In this document: positions 10,540 through 19,721 of the stretch, in pieces
Layout of the letters: the number at the start of each line of letters is the position of its first letter
Numbering within the stretch: the stretch's first letter is position 1
Assembly: GCA_049287005.1 (NCBI GenBank)
Contig: JBAQEZ010000003.1
Span: 329,745 to 393,744, forward strand
Direction of reading: 5' to 3'
Origin: Candidatus Moraniibacteriota bacterium
Lineage (GTDB): Bacteria > Patescibacteriota > Minisyncoccia > Moranbacterales > UBA1568
DNA length: 64,000 bases
Translations under genes and position numbers: made by a program
Notes under the pieces: model-generated
What the model was told of the DNA's origin: nothing
Database searches by the model: none
The model's input: the letters and a program-made list of their open reading frames with translations, nothing else

Positions 10540-13074
10540 CTATTGTTCCAGATTGAGTTTGAATGAGAGAAGGGAATGGGCGGTTGTGACGAGGGCTTCG
10601 CTGGTTTTCTCATTGACGGTAATGGTTTGGGCGTCAGCCAGCGTTTCGGAGAAGTACTGGGCGATGAGCGCGCCGTCTTGGTTCCAGACGAGGATGCGCT
10701 TATTGTCCGCGTCGAGAGCGTAGATGTTGGCTAAGTCTGGATTGGTGAAGAGGCTGGTGACAGAGAGCGGGGTGTTGGGAGACTCGAGGTTTTTCACGAA
10801 ACGGCCGCGAAAAACTGCCGAGACGGTTGTTCGGTTTTGTGCCAGGAAAATGGTCTCATGGATGGCCATTTTTGCACTGTCTTCGATAGCCAGCGTGTCC
10901 TTGAGCCAAGGGGATCCTGTACCAAAGCCGCCTTCTGCGCGTGGGAAACGGTAGATCTGATCCGTGGTTTCATCGAGGACATAGAGGTACGTGAGATAGG
11001 TGCCGATATCCTCTACGCGGGCGTCTGCGGGAAGTGCCAGCGTGTTCTCTGTGAACGTGTGGCTGATGGGACTCCAGGAAAACAGTGCGTTCGTATCGGT
11101 ATAGACAAAAATAAGACGCAAATCATCCATGGGAGAGGCGAATTTGATTGCTCCTTTTCCGGGCGGCAAGGGGTATTGTTTTTCGTCATCGGTACTGAGA
11201 ATATACGCAGAGGTTATGAGGTAAATCTCATCACTGAGTACGACGGACGCAATCACGGAATCTGGTACCGTGGCGATGGTAATAGGCGCGTTGGCTAAGG
11301 CATGAGCGTTTTTTTCGTCCTCGAGAGGGAAGACGGATGTTTCGCTGGGCGCTTGCGGGGTTTCTGCGATCGGCGTCGGACTGTTCTTCGTCGAGATATA
11401 TCGTGCCAGCAGGAGGCTGGTCACCAAAACAGCAGCAGCCAATAACCACAGCATGAGGGTGCGCTTTTCGTATCGGGTGCCGAGCTTTTTGAAGGAACGG
11501 AAGGAATGATTGAACAGATCCCGTGTGGTGCGCATGCCCTTTTCCCAGAGCGCACGCAGGATGAGCCAGCCTGCGTGAAATGTCTTCTGGAGAGCAGCAA
11601 AGGAAGCGGTGACTCGTTTCTTCCGGAATGTTTGAGGAGCAGGCGCTACGACAGAAATGTGCGTTATGGGGGGAGGAACACTGTTTTTTTGATAAAACGC
11701 AGCCAGTTTGTCTCTCATAAAAGGCGGAATGACTTCATCCTCGTCCGCAGCGATACGCGCGGACGCGTTGTGGACAAGCGCTTCCGTGACGGCAGGAGCA
11801 GGGAGAGTACTCTCTATTTTTTTTGCGGAGGACGGCTGTGAGAGCGGAGTCGGGATATGTGCCGTCTGCAGCAGGTTGTCCGGGCGAGTGTTTTCGGCAG
11901 TCGCTTGTGATTTTTTCGGCAGCCGGAGGGTAGCTATTTTTGACGCTGAAGCGACAATACCGTTGCGCAGTTGTTTGCGGAGAAAACGCGTCGTTTTCCG
12001 TGTTACGACGACACTCTGTCTCGAGAGAGCATACAAGAAGAGGAGACTTTGTTTTTTTCCTTTGCGGAGCAGTTTCCCTTGGGAAATGAAAAATGAGCCG
12101 AGGGCATGGGACGAGTCTTGCAACGAGAGTTTGGTGCGTTCGAGGAAGGGGTATCCTTGCGTGTGCCTGGGCGTGTCTCCTTGGACATAGATGTGGCCAG
12201 TTTTGGAATCGGTATATTCTTCCTCAGCATTATTACTCGCATGTTCCGTGGGTTGGCCGGCGGCTTGCTCTGTTGTGGGGCGTGGAACGAAAGCTTGCCC
12301 GCTGAAAACATTCGCGGTCGTTTCCACGGCCTTTTTTGACTCTTTGTGTGGCAGAGGAAGAGGCAGGCCTTCTTTTATATCAACGACGAGAGAACCGCCC
12401 ATATCGAGTTCGTTGATCAAGGCGGTACGGAGAAATTGAGCGAAACGTTCCGTATCCATACGGACAGCATTCTTTTCGAGGTCTTCCATGGGGAGTATGT
12501 CGAAAAGCTCCGGTGAGGTAAGAATAATTTTGTCTTGGGCCATGAGGCGACCGCTTGAGACCTCGACGAATGTTTTGATAGGGTGAATGTTGGATTCTTC
12601 GGAGGCCAGGCCGCTGCTGATTTCGGAAAAATTGTCACCACGCAAGAGCAGAATCTCCGCTTTGCCGGTAACGGAGAAATGGAGGTTATTTTTTTCGAGC
12701 ACGCCCAGCGCGCCGTGCAATTTGCCGAGCCACGCGATATTGCCGTGTTTGACGAGTTCGGCCAAAGCCAGATTGATCTTATGAAGCGCCGCTTCGAAAC
12801 TTTCGATGGAACCACGCCGGGGGTTGCTGAAGTATTCTTTTTTGGCGACAGAAGCGAGAAAATTGATGATGTAGGCCGAATCCTCGCTGTTTTCGGCAAT
12901 TTCAAAAACACCGATCAAAGAGCCGAGGGAGCTCCTGGTGACATTTTCGTCGCTGTAATTGAAAACCTTGACGAATGGTTCGATGGCACGACCGTTCGCC
13001 ACAAGGATTTCCGTTATAACTTTTTCTAATTCGATAGTCGGCCTGATTTTTTCCGGGCGTTTTTTCTCCAACAT
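10540..13074 (-). CDS. large hypothetical protein (844 aa): cytoplasmic N-domain, single TM (MLWLLAAAVLVTSLLLARYI), C-terminal beta-propeller-like repeats
   Basis: Long minus-strand ORF. Repeated YxLD/IYRF-type beta-strand repeats after the TM. Overlapping plus-strand ORFs are antisense shadows. Confidence 0.5.
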   Translation of the reverse strand: MLEKKRPEKIRPTIELEKVITEILVANGRAIEPFVKVFNYSDENVTRSSLGSLIGVFEIAENSEDSAYIINFLASVAKKEYFSNPRRGSIESFEAALHKINLALAELVKHGNIAWLGKLHGALGVLEKNNLHFSVTGKAEILLLRGDNFSEISSGLASEESNIHPIKTFVEVSSGRLMAQDKIILTSPELFDILPMEDLEKNAVRMDTERFAQFLRTALINELDMGGSLVVDIKEGLPLPLPHKESKKAVETTANVFSGQAFVPRPTTEQAAGQPTEHASNNAEEEYTDSKTGHIYVQGDTPRHTQGYPFLERTKLSLQDSSHALGSFFISQGKLLRKGKKQSLLFLYALSRQSVVVTRKTTRFLRKQLRNGIVASASKIATLRLPKKSQATAENTRPDNLLQTAHIPTPLSQPSSAKKIESTLPAPAVTEALVHNASARIAADEDEVIPPFMRDKLAAFYQKNSVPPPITHISVVAPAPQTFRKKRVTASFAALQKTFHAGWLILRALWEKGMRTTRDLFNHSFRSFKKLGTRYEKRTLMLWLLAAAVLVTSLLLARYISTKNSPTPIAETPQAPSETSVFPLEDEKNAHALANAPITIATVPDSVIASVVLSDEIYLITSAYILSTDDEKQYPLPPGKGAIKFASPMDDLRLIFVYTDTNALFSWSPISHTFTENTLALPADARVEDIGTYLTYLYVLDETTDQIYRFPRAEGGFGTGSPWLKDTLAIEDSAKMAIHETIFLAQNRTTVSAVFRGRFVKNLESPNTPLSVTSLFTNPDLANIYALDADNKRILVWNQDGALIAQYFSETLADAQTITVNEKTSEALVTTAHSLLSFKLNLEQ

Positions 13075-13480
13075 ACTTTTTATTCTCGTTCCGACGCGAG
13101 TAGCATAAACGTCGCAAATACACTTTATTATACCACACCTCCGGCGTGAAAGCTCTTCAATAAGAGCTTTTTGGCATTCTTGGGCACAGGGCTGGAAGCT
13201 TTTGGCTGAATAACACGGAGTTTTTGACTTTTCAGCCCTTTTTTCCTATACTGCAGCTAAGAGTCCATTCAATATCTCAACGCATTGGATAAAGAGAAAA
13301 TGTCCTGCTCGTCGGATAAAAGTTCCTGATTTCGGCTGCAAAGCACTCATCGTTCGTCGGCTTCTCGCTCCGCATGCTTTTCGCTCGAAATCAGAAACTT
13401 TTTTCTCGACAGGATATTTTGAACAGACTCTCAGAGGGAATGTCTTTGTTTTCGGTATATTTGGTAACGATTGTAATTCT

Positions 13481-14086
13481 ATGTCATTGGTTCTCTTTGA
13501 TGCTTTATTCGGATCGAAAGCGCGGGCTCGGCTCATTCGTTTTTTCCTTCTCAACCCCGGCGTGGAGTTCGGAACGGCCACGGTTGTTGAAAAGACGCTG
13601 ATTCCAAAACCAGAAGCGACTCGCGAGCTCACCCGTCTTGCCAGGATGAAGTTCGTTATCGAACATTCTCGCAAGGGGAGGAAACAATTTATGGTGAACG
13701 AAGACTTTCCTTTCTATACGGAGCTGAAAAGCCTCGTTTCGAAATTGAACGTCCATGCGCAGTCCCAGGTCTTTCGTAAATTGAAAATAGTCGGAGAAGT
13801 CAAGCTGATTCTTATCAGCGGATTGTTTCTCAATTACGCCAAGAGCAAAGTGGATATGATCCTGGTGGTAAACAACATCAATCGAACCAAGCTCAAGCAT
13901 GCTATCGCGCATTTGGAGGCGGAGGTAGGCAAGGAGATCCGTTTCGTGCTCATGAGTAGCGAGGAACTACACTATCGCTTGAATATGCTGGATCGCTTTT
14001 TCATCGAGTTTCTAGAAGGGCCGTACGAAGAGGTGTCGAACAAAGTTCCGGAGCTCAAGCGTTTTATTGCCGGTTTGAAGAAGTAA
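13481..14086 (+). CDS. winged-HTH plus minimal nucleotidyltransferase-like domain protein (201 aa)
   Basis: N-terminal ARARLIRFFLLNPGVEFGTATVVEKT resembles an ArsR/MarR-like wHTH. ISGLFLNYAKSKVDMILVV fits the Gx..S..DhhLLV signature of pol-beta-type nucleotidyltransferases. Confidence 0.45.
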   Translation: MSLVLFDALFGSKARARLIRFFLLNPGVEFGTATVVEKTLIPKPEATRELTRLARMKFVIEHSRKGRKQFMVNEDFPFYTELKSLVSKLNVHAQSQVFRKLKIVGEVKLILISGLFLNYAKSKVDMILVVNNINRTKLKHAIAHLEAEVGKEIRFVLMSSEELHYRLNMLDRFFIEFLEGPYEEVSNKVPELKRFIAGLKK

Positions 14087-14106
14087 ATAGTGGTAGGAAA
14101 AAACGT

Positions 14107-15177
14107 ATGGTGTCGTGGATAATGATCATTCTTCTGTTCGCGGTAGCCGGCCTCGTCTTGTGGCTGGTTTTTTCTTTGCACGGACGAGAATCTTCCGGGG
14201 ATACCGCCAAGCTAGAGATAGAAAACATGAGCCGGCGTTTCGATACGGAGCTGCATTCGGTCGCCAACGCTTTCAACCAGCAACTCGCGAATTTCCAGCA
14301 TACGTTGGATAATCGTCTGGCAGATAACGGGAAGCGTCTGGATGAGCGTTTGGATACGGCGGCGCGTTCGTATGCGGATGTGCAGAAAGGCCTGGAACAG
14401 ATGCGCCATTCGAGCGAAAAGATCCTCGAGGTGGGCAAAGAAGTCGCCTCGCTTCAGGAAATTTTGAAGGCCCCGAAGATCCGTGGCGGATTCGGCGAGC
14501 TGATGCTCCAGGATTTGCTCTCGCAGATGCTGCCCAAAGAGAATTTTGCCCTGCAGTATGTGTTCAAAAGCGGCGAGGCGGTAGACGCGATTATCAAGCT
14601 GAAGGGAGGATTGGTGAGTGTCGATTCGAAGTTCCCTTTGGAAAACTTCAAGAAGATCATCACCGCCAAAACTGATGAAGAAAAGCGCGTGGCCCGGAAG
14701 CAATTTTATAACGACGTGAAAAAACATGTCGACGCGATCGCCAATAAATATATCGTGCCCGAAGAGGGGACGTTGGATTTCGCGCTGATGTATATTCCGG
14801 CTGAGAACGTGTATTACGAGATCATCATCAAGGATGACGACGAGCAGGGACTTTTGGATTATCTGACGCAGAAGCGCATCATGCCGGTCTCGCCGAATTC
14901 TTTTTATGCGTATATGCGCACGATCTTGTTCGGATTACAAGGACTGCAGATCGAGAAAAGAGCCAAAGAAATCATGGGGCAGTTGGAAAAATTGGCTCGC
15001 GAGCATGAAAAATTCGAGCAGGAGTTCGATATACTGGGTAGTCATATCGGGAATGCTCACAAGAAATATGATGAAGCGGAAAAGCGCTTGTTCAAAGTAA
15101 CGAATCAGCTGGAGCATGCGCGTCTCGGCGTAGAACATAGCGCCGCTGAGCCTTTGCCCGCTCCTGCGGAGGAATAA
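14107..15177 (+). CDS. rmuC: DNA recombination protein RmuC
   Basis: N-terminal TM followed by a long coiled coil. Conserved RmuC core: KIRGGFGELMLQDLL, VDAIIKLKGGLVSVDSKFPLENF, DFALMYIPAENVYYE. Confidence 0.85.
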   Translation: MVSWIMIILLFAVAGLVLWLVFSLHGRESSGDTAKLEIENMSRRFDTELHSVANAFNQQLANFQHTLDNRLADNGKRLDERLDTAARSYADVQKGLEQMRHSSEKILEVGKEVASLQEILKAPKIRGGFGELMLQDLLSQMLPKENFALQYVFKSGEAVDAIIKLKGGLVSVDSKFPLENFKKIITAKTDEEKRVARKQFYNDVKKHVDAIANKYIVPEEGTLDFALMYIPAENVYYEIIIKDDDEQGLLDYLTQKRIMPVSPNSFYAYMRTILFGLQGLQIEKRAKEIMGQLEKLAREHEKFEQEFDILGSHIGNAHKKYDEAEKRLFKVTNQLEHARLGVEHSAAEPLPAPAEE

Positions 15178-15198
15178 CATCCATTTCCACGGCAACCT

Positions 15199-15606
15199 AT
15201 GATGAAACAACCAAGGAGCTCTCAGATGGATTGGAATGCGGATGTTGCCCAATCAGGGAGGGGCGTGTCTTTCTTCGACAATCTGATTGTGCGAGCGCTC
15301 CTCGGCGTGAACATTTTTTGTTGCTGTGTCAGTTTTGGCTTGCTCTGGTACTTTATCAGACCGACTGAGAATATTCTCATCTTGCATTATAATGTATATT
15401 TCGGGGTGGATATCCAAGGTATCTGGTGGCAGGTGTTTATGCTGCCGATAGCGGGGCTCTTTTTTTTTGGAAGCCATCTTTTTTTCGCATATCGTTTTTA
15501 TAGGGAGGCCGAACGCGTTGCTGCTTATCTGATGCTTTTCAGCGCCGGCCTGCTCAATATCGGTATCATCATCGGGAGCGCGAGTATTGCCTTTATTAAT
15601 TACTGA
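15199..15606 (+). CDS. hypothetical integral membrane protein (135 aa)
   Basis: Four hydrophobic helices; tightly spaced between rmuC and the MraY-like gene. Confidence 0.4.
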   Translation: MMKQPRSSQMDWNADVAQSGRGVSFFDNLIVRALLGVNIFCCCVSFGLLWYFIRPTENILILHYNVYFGVDIQGIWWQVFMLPIAGLFFFGSHLFFAYRFYREAERVAAYLMLFSAGLLNIGIIIGSASIAFINY

Positions 15607-15618
15607 TATTTCTGATCT

Positions 15619-16662
15619 ATGCGGATAGAGCTTTTTCTCACTCCATTCGTTACGGCGTTCACTCTGACGGCAGGCTTGATCTTGCTCTTTCTGCTGACGC
15701 CTCTGTTTCGCCGTGCCGTTTGGCGGACAGAGAAACGGCATGGTCGGAAACAAACCATCTCCCGACTGGGCGGCGTATCCATGCTCTTCGCCTTTTCGTT
15801 TGCGGTGTTTTTTGATCCCCATCTTGTTTTGACTCGGGAATTCTATGGATTGTTATTTGGCAGTGTGCTCATTTTTATTTTTGGGCTCTGGGACGATGTG
15901 AGCGAGCTCGGATGGAAAATTCAGGTTTTTTTCCAAGTCGCTTTGACGGTACTTATTTTTATCTTCGGTATACACATCAGTTCGTTCACCAATCCTTTTG
16001 GAGGCGTCTGGATCCTTCCTGCCGATACTTTCGTCTTGCCTGGCTTTCTCCTTCTTTTTGTGTGGATGTTCTTGGTGATGAATGCTATGAATTGGCTCGA
16101 TGGATTGGATGGTCTCTGCGGGGGAGTCTCTCTTATCACCTTTGTAACCATGTTCTTCCTCAGTCTAAAACCGGAAGTTGCTCAACCGCCGATTGCCATT
16201 CTCGCCGTGATCGGTATCGGCGTCGCTTTGGGATTCCTGTTTTTCAATATATACCCGGCGCGCATTCTAGCGGGGACTGTCGGGTCGATGTTTCTGGGTT
16301 TTCTGGTTGCGACACTCGCGGTTATCGCAGGAACCAAGATTGCCACGGCCTTTCTTGTTTTGTCGTTGCCTATCGTCGATGCACTGTTCGTGCTGTGGCA
16401 GCGTCTGCGAGAAGGGACCTCCGTATTCCAGGCAGATAAGCGGCATCTGCACTTCAAACTCTTGGAGCTTGGCTGGTCCGAACGGCGCATTGCCTGGTTT
16501 TTCTTTTTTGTGACGGCCATCATCGCGGTCATTGCTTTGAACACGCAAGCGTTGGGGAAATTGGTCGCCGTATTGTTGGTTTTCTGTATCATTTTCTTTC
16601 TTCTGTTCTTTGTCGATCGCAAGTTGCGATTCAAGAACAGCCGAAAGAAAGCCTCATCATAG
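15619..16662 (+). CDS. polyprenyl-phosphate sugar-1-phosphate transferase, MraY/WecA family (glycosyltransferase family 4)
   Basis: Multi-TM protein with the DD motif region (GLWDDVSEL) and the hallmark NAMNWLDGLDGL. The assignment between MraY and WecA/TagO is not resolvable by eye. Confidence 0.8.
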   Translation: MRIELFLTPFVTAFTLTAGLILLFLLTPLFRRAVWRTEKRHGRKQTISRLGGVSMLFAFSFAVFFDPHLVLTREFYGLLFGSVLIFIFGLWDDVSELGWKIQVFFQVALTVLIFIFGIHISSFTNPFGGVWILPADTFVLPGFLLLFVWMFLVMNAMNWLDGLDGLCGGVSLITFVTMFFLSLKPEVAQPPIAILAVIGIGVALGFLFFNIYPARILAGTVGSMFLGFLVATLAVIAGTKIATAFLVLSLPIVDALFVLWQRLREGTSVFQADKRHLHFKLLELGWSERRIAWFFFFVTAIIAVIALNTQALGKLVAVLLVFCIIFFLLFFVDRKLRFKNSRKKASS

Positions 16663-16670
16663 CAAATCGT

Positions 16671-17159
16671 ATGTATCAAAAAGGAGCGCGTCTTCTGGCA
16701 TCATTTTTTCGGAAACGATTTTTCCTGCTCGGTCTTCTGACCATTTTGTTTGGTATCCGATTTTTCCTCTTTGCAGACGTGGAAAAAATAGAGCCTGCCT
16801 TTTCTCCGACAGGGATACGCATCAGTGGACAGCTCTATCGTTTGGAAATTGCCGAAACGGACGCCGAACGTGCGCAGGGTCTGGGCGATCGAGATACCCT
16901 GTGTGATAACTGCGGGATGCTGTTCATCTTTGCGGATCCGGGGAAATACGCGTTTTGGATGAAAGACATGCGCTTTCCGATCGATATCATCTGGCTGCTT
17001 GGCGACCGGGTGGTTTTTGTAGAGCACGCCGTGAGTCCTGATTTCGCCGGCATCGTGCATCCGACAGCTCCCGCGGACAGGGTGCTGGAGCTCAACGCCA
17101 ATCAAGGAAGCGGTGTCCGTGCAGGGGAGACGGTGCAGTTCGTGTACGAATCCTTTTGA
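16671..17159 (+). CDS. DUF192 (COG1430) domain protein
   Basis: CGMLFIFADPGKYAFWMKDMRFPIDIIWL matches the DUF192 core; N-terminal signal/TM segment. Confidence 0.75.
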   Translation: MYQKGARLLASFFRKRFFLLGLLTILFGIRFFLFADVEKIEPAFSPTGIRISGQLYRLEIAETDAERAQGLGDRDTLCDNCGMLFIFADPGKYAFWMKDMRFPIDIIWLLGDRVVFVEHAVSPDFAGIVHPTAPADRVLELNANQGSGVRAGETVQFVYESF

Positions 17160-17188
17160 AGTCTTCTCTCTGCCTCCAGGGAAACAAT

Positions 17189-17216
17189 AAAACCCCGCCG
17201 TTGCGGGGTTTTATAT
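17189..17216 (+). terminator. rho-independent terminator
   Basis: AAAACCCCGCCGTTGCGGGGTTTTAT hairpin followed by a T-run. Confidence 0.8.
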
Positions 17217-17261
17217 ATTTCAATGAAAGAAAGAACGGCTTGTCTGTGTTGCGGTTCGCGT

Positions 17262-17855
17262 CTAGCGGTAAGCGCTGACACGCGCAGAATATTTCTGTAG
17301 ATTCTGCAATTGCCTCTCGTTCAATGTCTTTGATTTCTCAATGCCTTGTTTGATAAGATCTTTCGAGAATTCTATCGATGTTTTGGTCGTCACCGCGCCT
17401 TGATAGCTGACGTTTTTTCGGAGGTAGTCTTCGATATACACCTTATGTTCGGCGGTCAAAGACGAGTCAGCATTCTTTTCGAGGTAATGAGCGAGCGCTC
17501 GGCGTGCCAAATGCGTCCTGCCGTTTCCCCGTTCAGCTTGTTCGATAAAGGATGTTTCAGTTTCGCGACTCAGTTCCGCGGTCACTACGACGCTATTCTT
17601 TACTTCTGCTTTTACGGCATCTTGGGACTGGGTGTCTTCGGTCTGCACGGTACTCGTCTCGCCGCTCTTCGTATCGAGGAGCGTATTGTCATCGGAGCTT
17701 ATTTGCGTGCGCTGCGAGTATGAGTAAATGCCCAGGGCAATCGCTGCAACAATGAAGACACTGACGATAATACGGAGATTTTCCTGAACCCAAGCCTTCG
17801 CCTGGTCGGCAGAGGATTCTTCGAATATGGGATCTTGTTGTTCCATGGTTTTCAC
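17262..17855 (-). CDS. hypothetical membrane-anchored protein (197 aa)
   Basis: Single N-terminal TM (IIVSVFIVAAIALGIYSY) then a Ser/Thr/Glu-rich region. Confidence 0.45.
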   Translation of the reverse strand: MKTMEQQDPIFEESSADQAKAWVQENLRIIVSVFIVAAIALGIYSYSQRTQISSDDNTLLDTKSGETSTVQTEDTQSQDAVKAEVKNSVVVTAELSRETETSFIEQAERGNGRTHLARRALAHYLEKNADSSLTAEHKVYIEDYLRKNVSYQGAVTTKTSIEFSKDLIKQGIEKSKTLNERQLQNLQKYSARVSAYR

Positions 17856-18387
17856 CTCTCTTTCTAGCTTATAATTAAGATTGTGAAAGTGCTGCTTGCG
17901 TTGAAGCCTGACTAGCGCTTATCAGGGCTATCTTTTATATCATTGATAAGCCGATCGACCTCCTGTCTTTTCATACTACGTCTTTGAAAAATGGCTGTCA
18001 ACTGGACAAAAGAGGTGTTTTTCGGCCTAATGCAGGGGTTTTTAGCCTGATAAAGATGCACGGCGCGTACCGCTCCCGTTTCGTGCGTGTGACGAACCGC
18101 AGGAAAATAAAAATGGAAAAATCAAAATGGAAAATGACCATGCAAAATAAATAAAAAGAAGCTTCCTTCCTGAAAAAAAATAATATTGCGAGAGAACGAC
18201 GTTGCTCCGCCTTGGCATGCGCAATATGGTTATGAAATCACTGGAAATACTTTTGATATTTTTCTGTATGGTGATAGGGAAGTTGAGATATTGTATTGTT
18301 TGTTTCGGTCATTTCATTTTTGATCCGAGAATAATTTTTCTCAAAGAAATTATTTGCTTGTCTACTCTTGACAAATATTTTTTCTCT

Positions 18388-18414
18388 TTGCATTTTGCAA
18401 AAAAAGAGTATAAT
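18388..18414 (+). promoter_or_regulatory. candidate promoter inside the AT-rich island (TTGCAT, 15 nt, TATAAT)
   Basis: Perfect -10 TATAAT at 18409-18414 with an imperfect -35. The spacer is short, so this is weak support only. Confidence 0.3.
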
Positions 18415-18564
18415 AAAAATGTACAGGAAATTTTTTCTGTATCACGCACAAAAAAATAAATATTTGTTGTGTGAAACAAAAAAATAATTCCATATTCTTT
18501 CTCTCTGTTCCATAAACATATGTGACATGAGAAGGGGGAAGTGGTGTAGAAGGAGGTGAATATT

Positions 18565-18687
18565 ATGGCAGCCAAGAAAAAAGCAGCAGCAAAGAAGAAA
18601 GTGGCAAAAAAGGTAACCAAGAAGAAAGTCGCCAAGAAGGCAGTAAAGAAGGTAACCAAGAGAAAAGCTACTAAGAAGCGCAAATAG
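18565..18687 (+). CDS. 40-aa lysine-rich basic protein, histone H1/Hc1-like or ribosome-associated basic peptide
   Basis: Strong RBS AGGAGGTG 7 nt before the ATG. Translation is MAAKKKAAAKKKVAKKVTKKKVAKKAVKKVTKRKATKKRK. A bidirectional terminator follows. The ORF is absent from the ORF track only because it is short. Confidence 0.6.
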   Translation: MAAKKKAAAKKKVAKKVTKKKVAKKAVKKVTKRKATKKRK

Positions 18688-18719
18688 TTTCAACGTTTCT
18701 TGTTCTTTCGGTTCAAATA

Positions 18720-18752
18720 AACAAAAACCCCGTAAATCGGGGTTTTTGTTTA
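18720..18752. terminator. bidirectional rho-independent terminator
   Basis: AAAAACCCCGTAAATCGGGGTTTTT lies between the small basic protein gene (plus strand) and prmC (minus strand). Confidence 0.8.
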
Positions 18753-18795
18753 TTGCACAAGATTTCCAATCTTTTGCATGCAGCGGTTTTGTTTC

Positions 18796-19719
18796 CTAGT
18801 TAGGAAAGGGTGTCTCGATCTGTTCTCGCCGTATCTCTACCACGCGCTCCCGATGTGCGAGATCCGTATGTATTATTGTCTGGGCTGCAGGGAAAAGAGC
18901 CGTGACGCGGGTTGTCAAAAGAGCGGCTTGTTCCGGGCTGATTTCGAGAAAGAGGACAACAGACTTGCATGTATGCAAGAATTTTTTGACGTCTCGGAGC
19001 AGTCGATAATAATGAGCCAGCCCGGCCTCCTCGCTTATGAGCGCGCTTTTCGGTTCGAAATCATGGACATCGGGCGCGGTATTGTCATACATGGATGATG
19101 AGAGATAGGGGAGGTTGGCAGCGATGATGATCTCACCTGCCAAAGCGAGTTCTGTGATGATCGGGGCAAGGAGATCGCCTTCATGAAATCTGATGAGGTT
19201 GTCAACATTCTGTCGCCGAGCGTTCTCTCTCGCGACAGCCAGGGCGCCTGCAGAGATATCTATAGCATGCAGTACGCAGCTGGGAGCGGAGGAATCCGGA
19301 GGTTGTTTCTCTCTTTCTTTCGCGAGAGAAATAATAATATTGCCGCTTCCTGTGCCAATATCGATCATTGTAATCTGGCTTTCGACTTTCAACTTTCGAC
19401 TTTCAACTTCGTTGAGTACCAGCTCAACGATCAGCTCTGTTTCTGGTCGCGGAATCAGCGTATCGGGAGTGACGAGAAAATCACGGCCATAGAATTCTTT
19501 GCGTCCGATGATAGAGGCGACTGGCTCGTGTGCCGCGCGGCGGGCGAAACACTCACGTACTTTCGTTTCAGCAGCGATGTCGAGCTCGTATTCCGGATGC
19601 GCCAGGAGAAACACCTGCTCTTTTTTGGACGCATACGCCAGCAGAATAAAAAAATCTTCCGGAGCGATCCGTGCTTCGGATGGAGAGAGAAAGATTTTCC
19701 GCAATTCGCTGACAGTCAT
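18796..19719 (-). CDS. prmC: release factor glutamine N5-methyltransferase PrmC (HemK)
   Basis: SAM motif IDIGTGSG and NLPY (NPPY-type) motif; sits immediately downstream of prfA in the classic operon arrangement. Confidence 0.85.
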   Translation of the reverse strand: MTVSELRKIFLSPSEARIAPEDFFILLAYASKKEQVFLLAHPEYELDIAAETKVRECFARRAAHEPVASIIGRKEFYGRDFLVTPDTLIPRPETELIVELVLNEVESRKLKVESQITMIDIGTGSGNIIISLAKEREKQPPDSSAPSCVLHAIDISAGALAVARENARRQNVDNLIRFHEGDLLAPIITELALAGEIIIAANLPYLSSSMYDNTAPDVHDFEPKSALISEEAGLAHYYRLLRDVKKFLHTCKSVVLFLEISPEQAALLTTRVTALFPAAQTIIHTDLAHRERVVEIRREQIETPFPN

Positions 19720-19721
19720 AA

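Noticed and set aside
18309-18693. Two minus-strand ORFs (124 and 83 aa), Phe/Leu-rich
   Set aside because: They are translations of the A-rich strand of the AT-rich island and of the antisense of the poly-Lys gene, since AAA/AAG codons become TTT/CTT. They have no start context.
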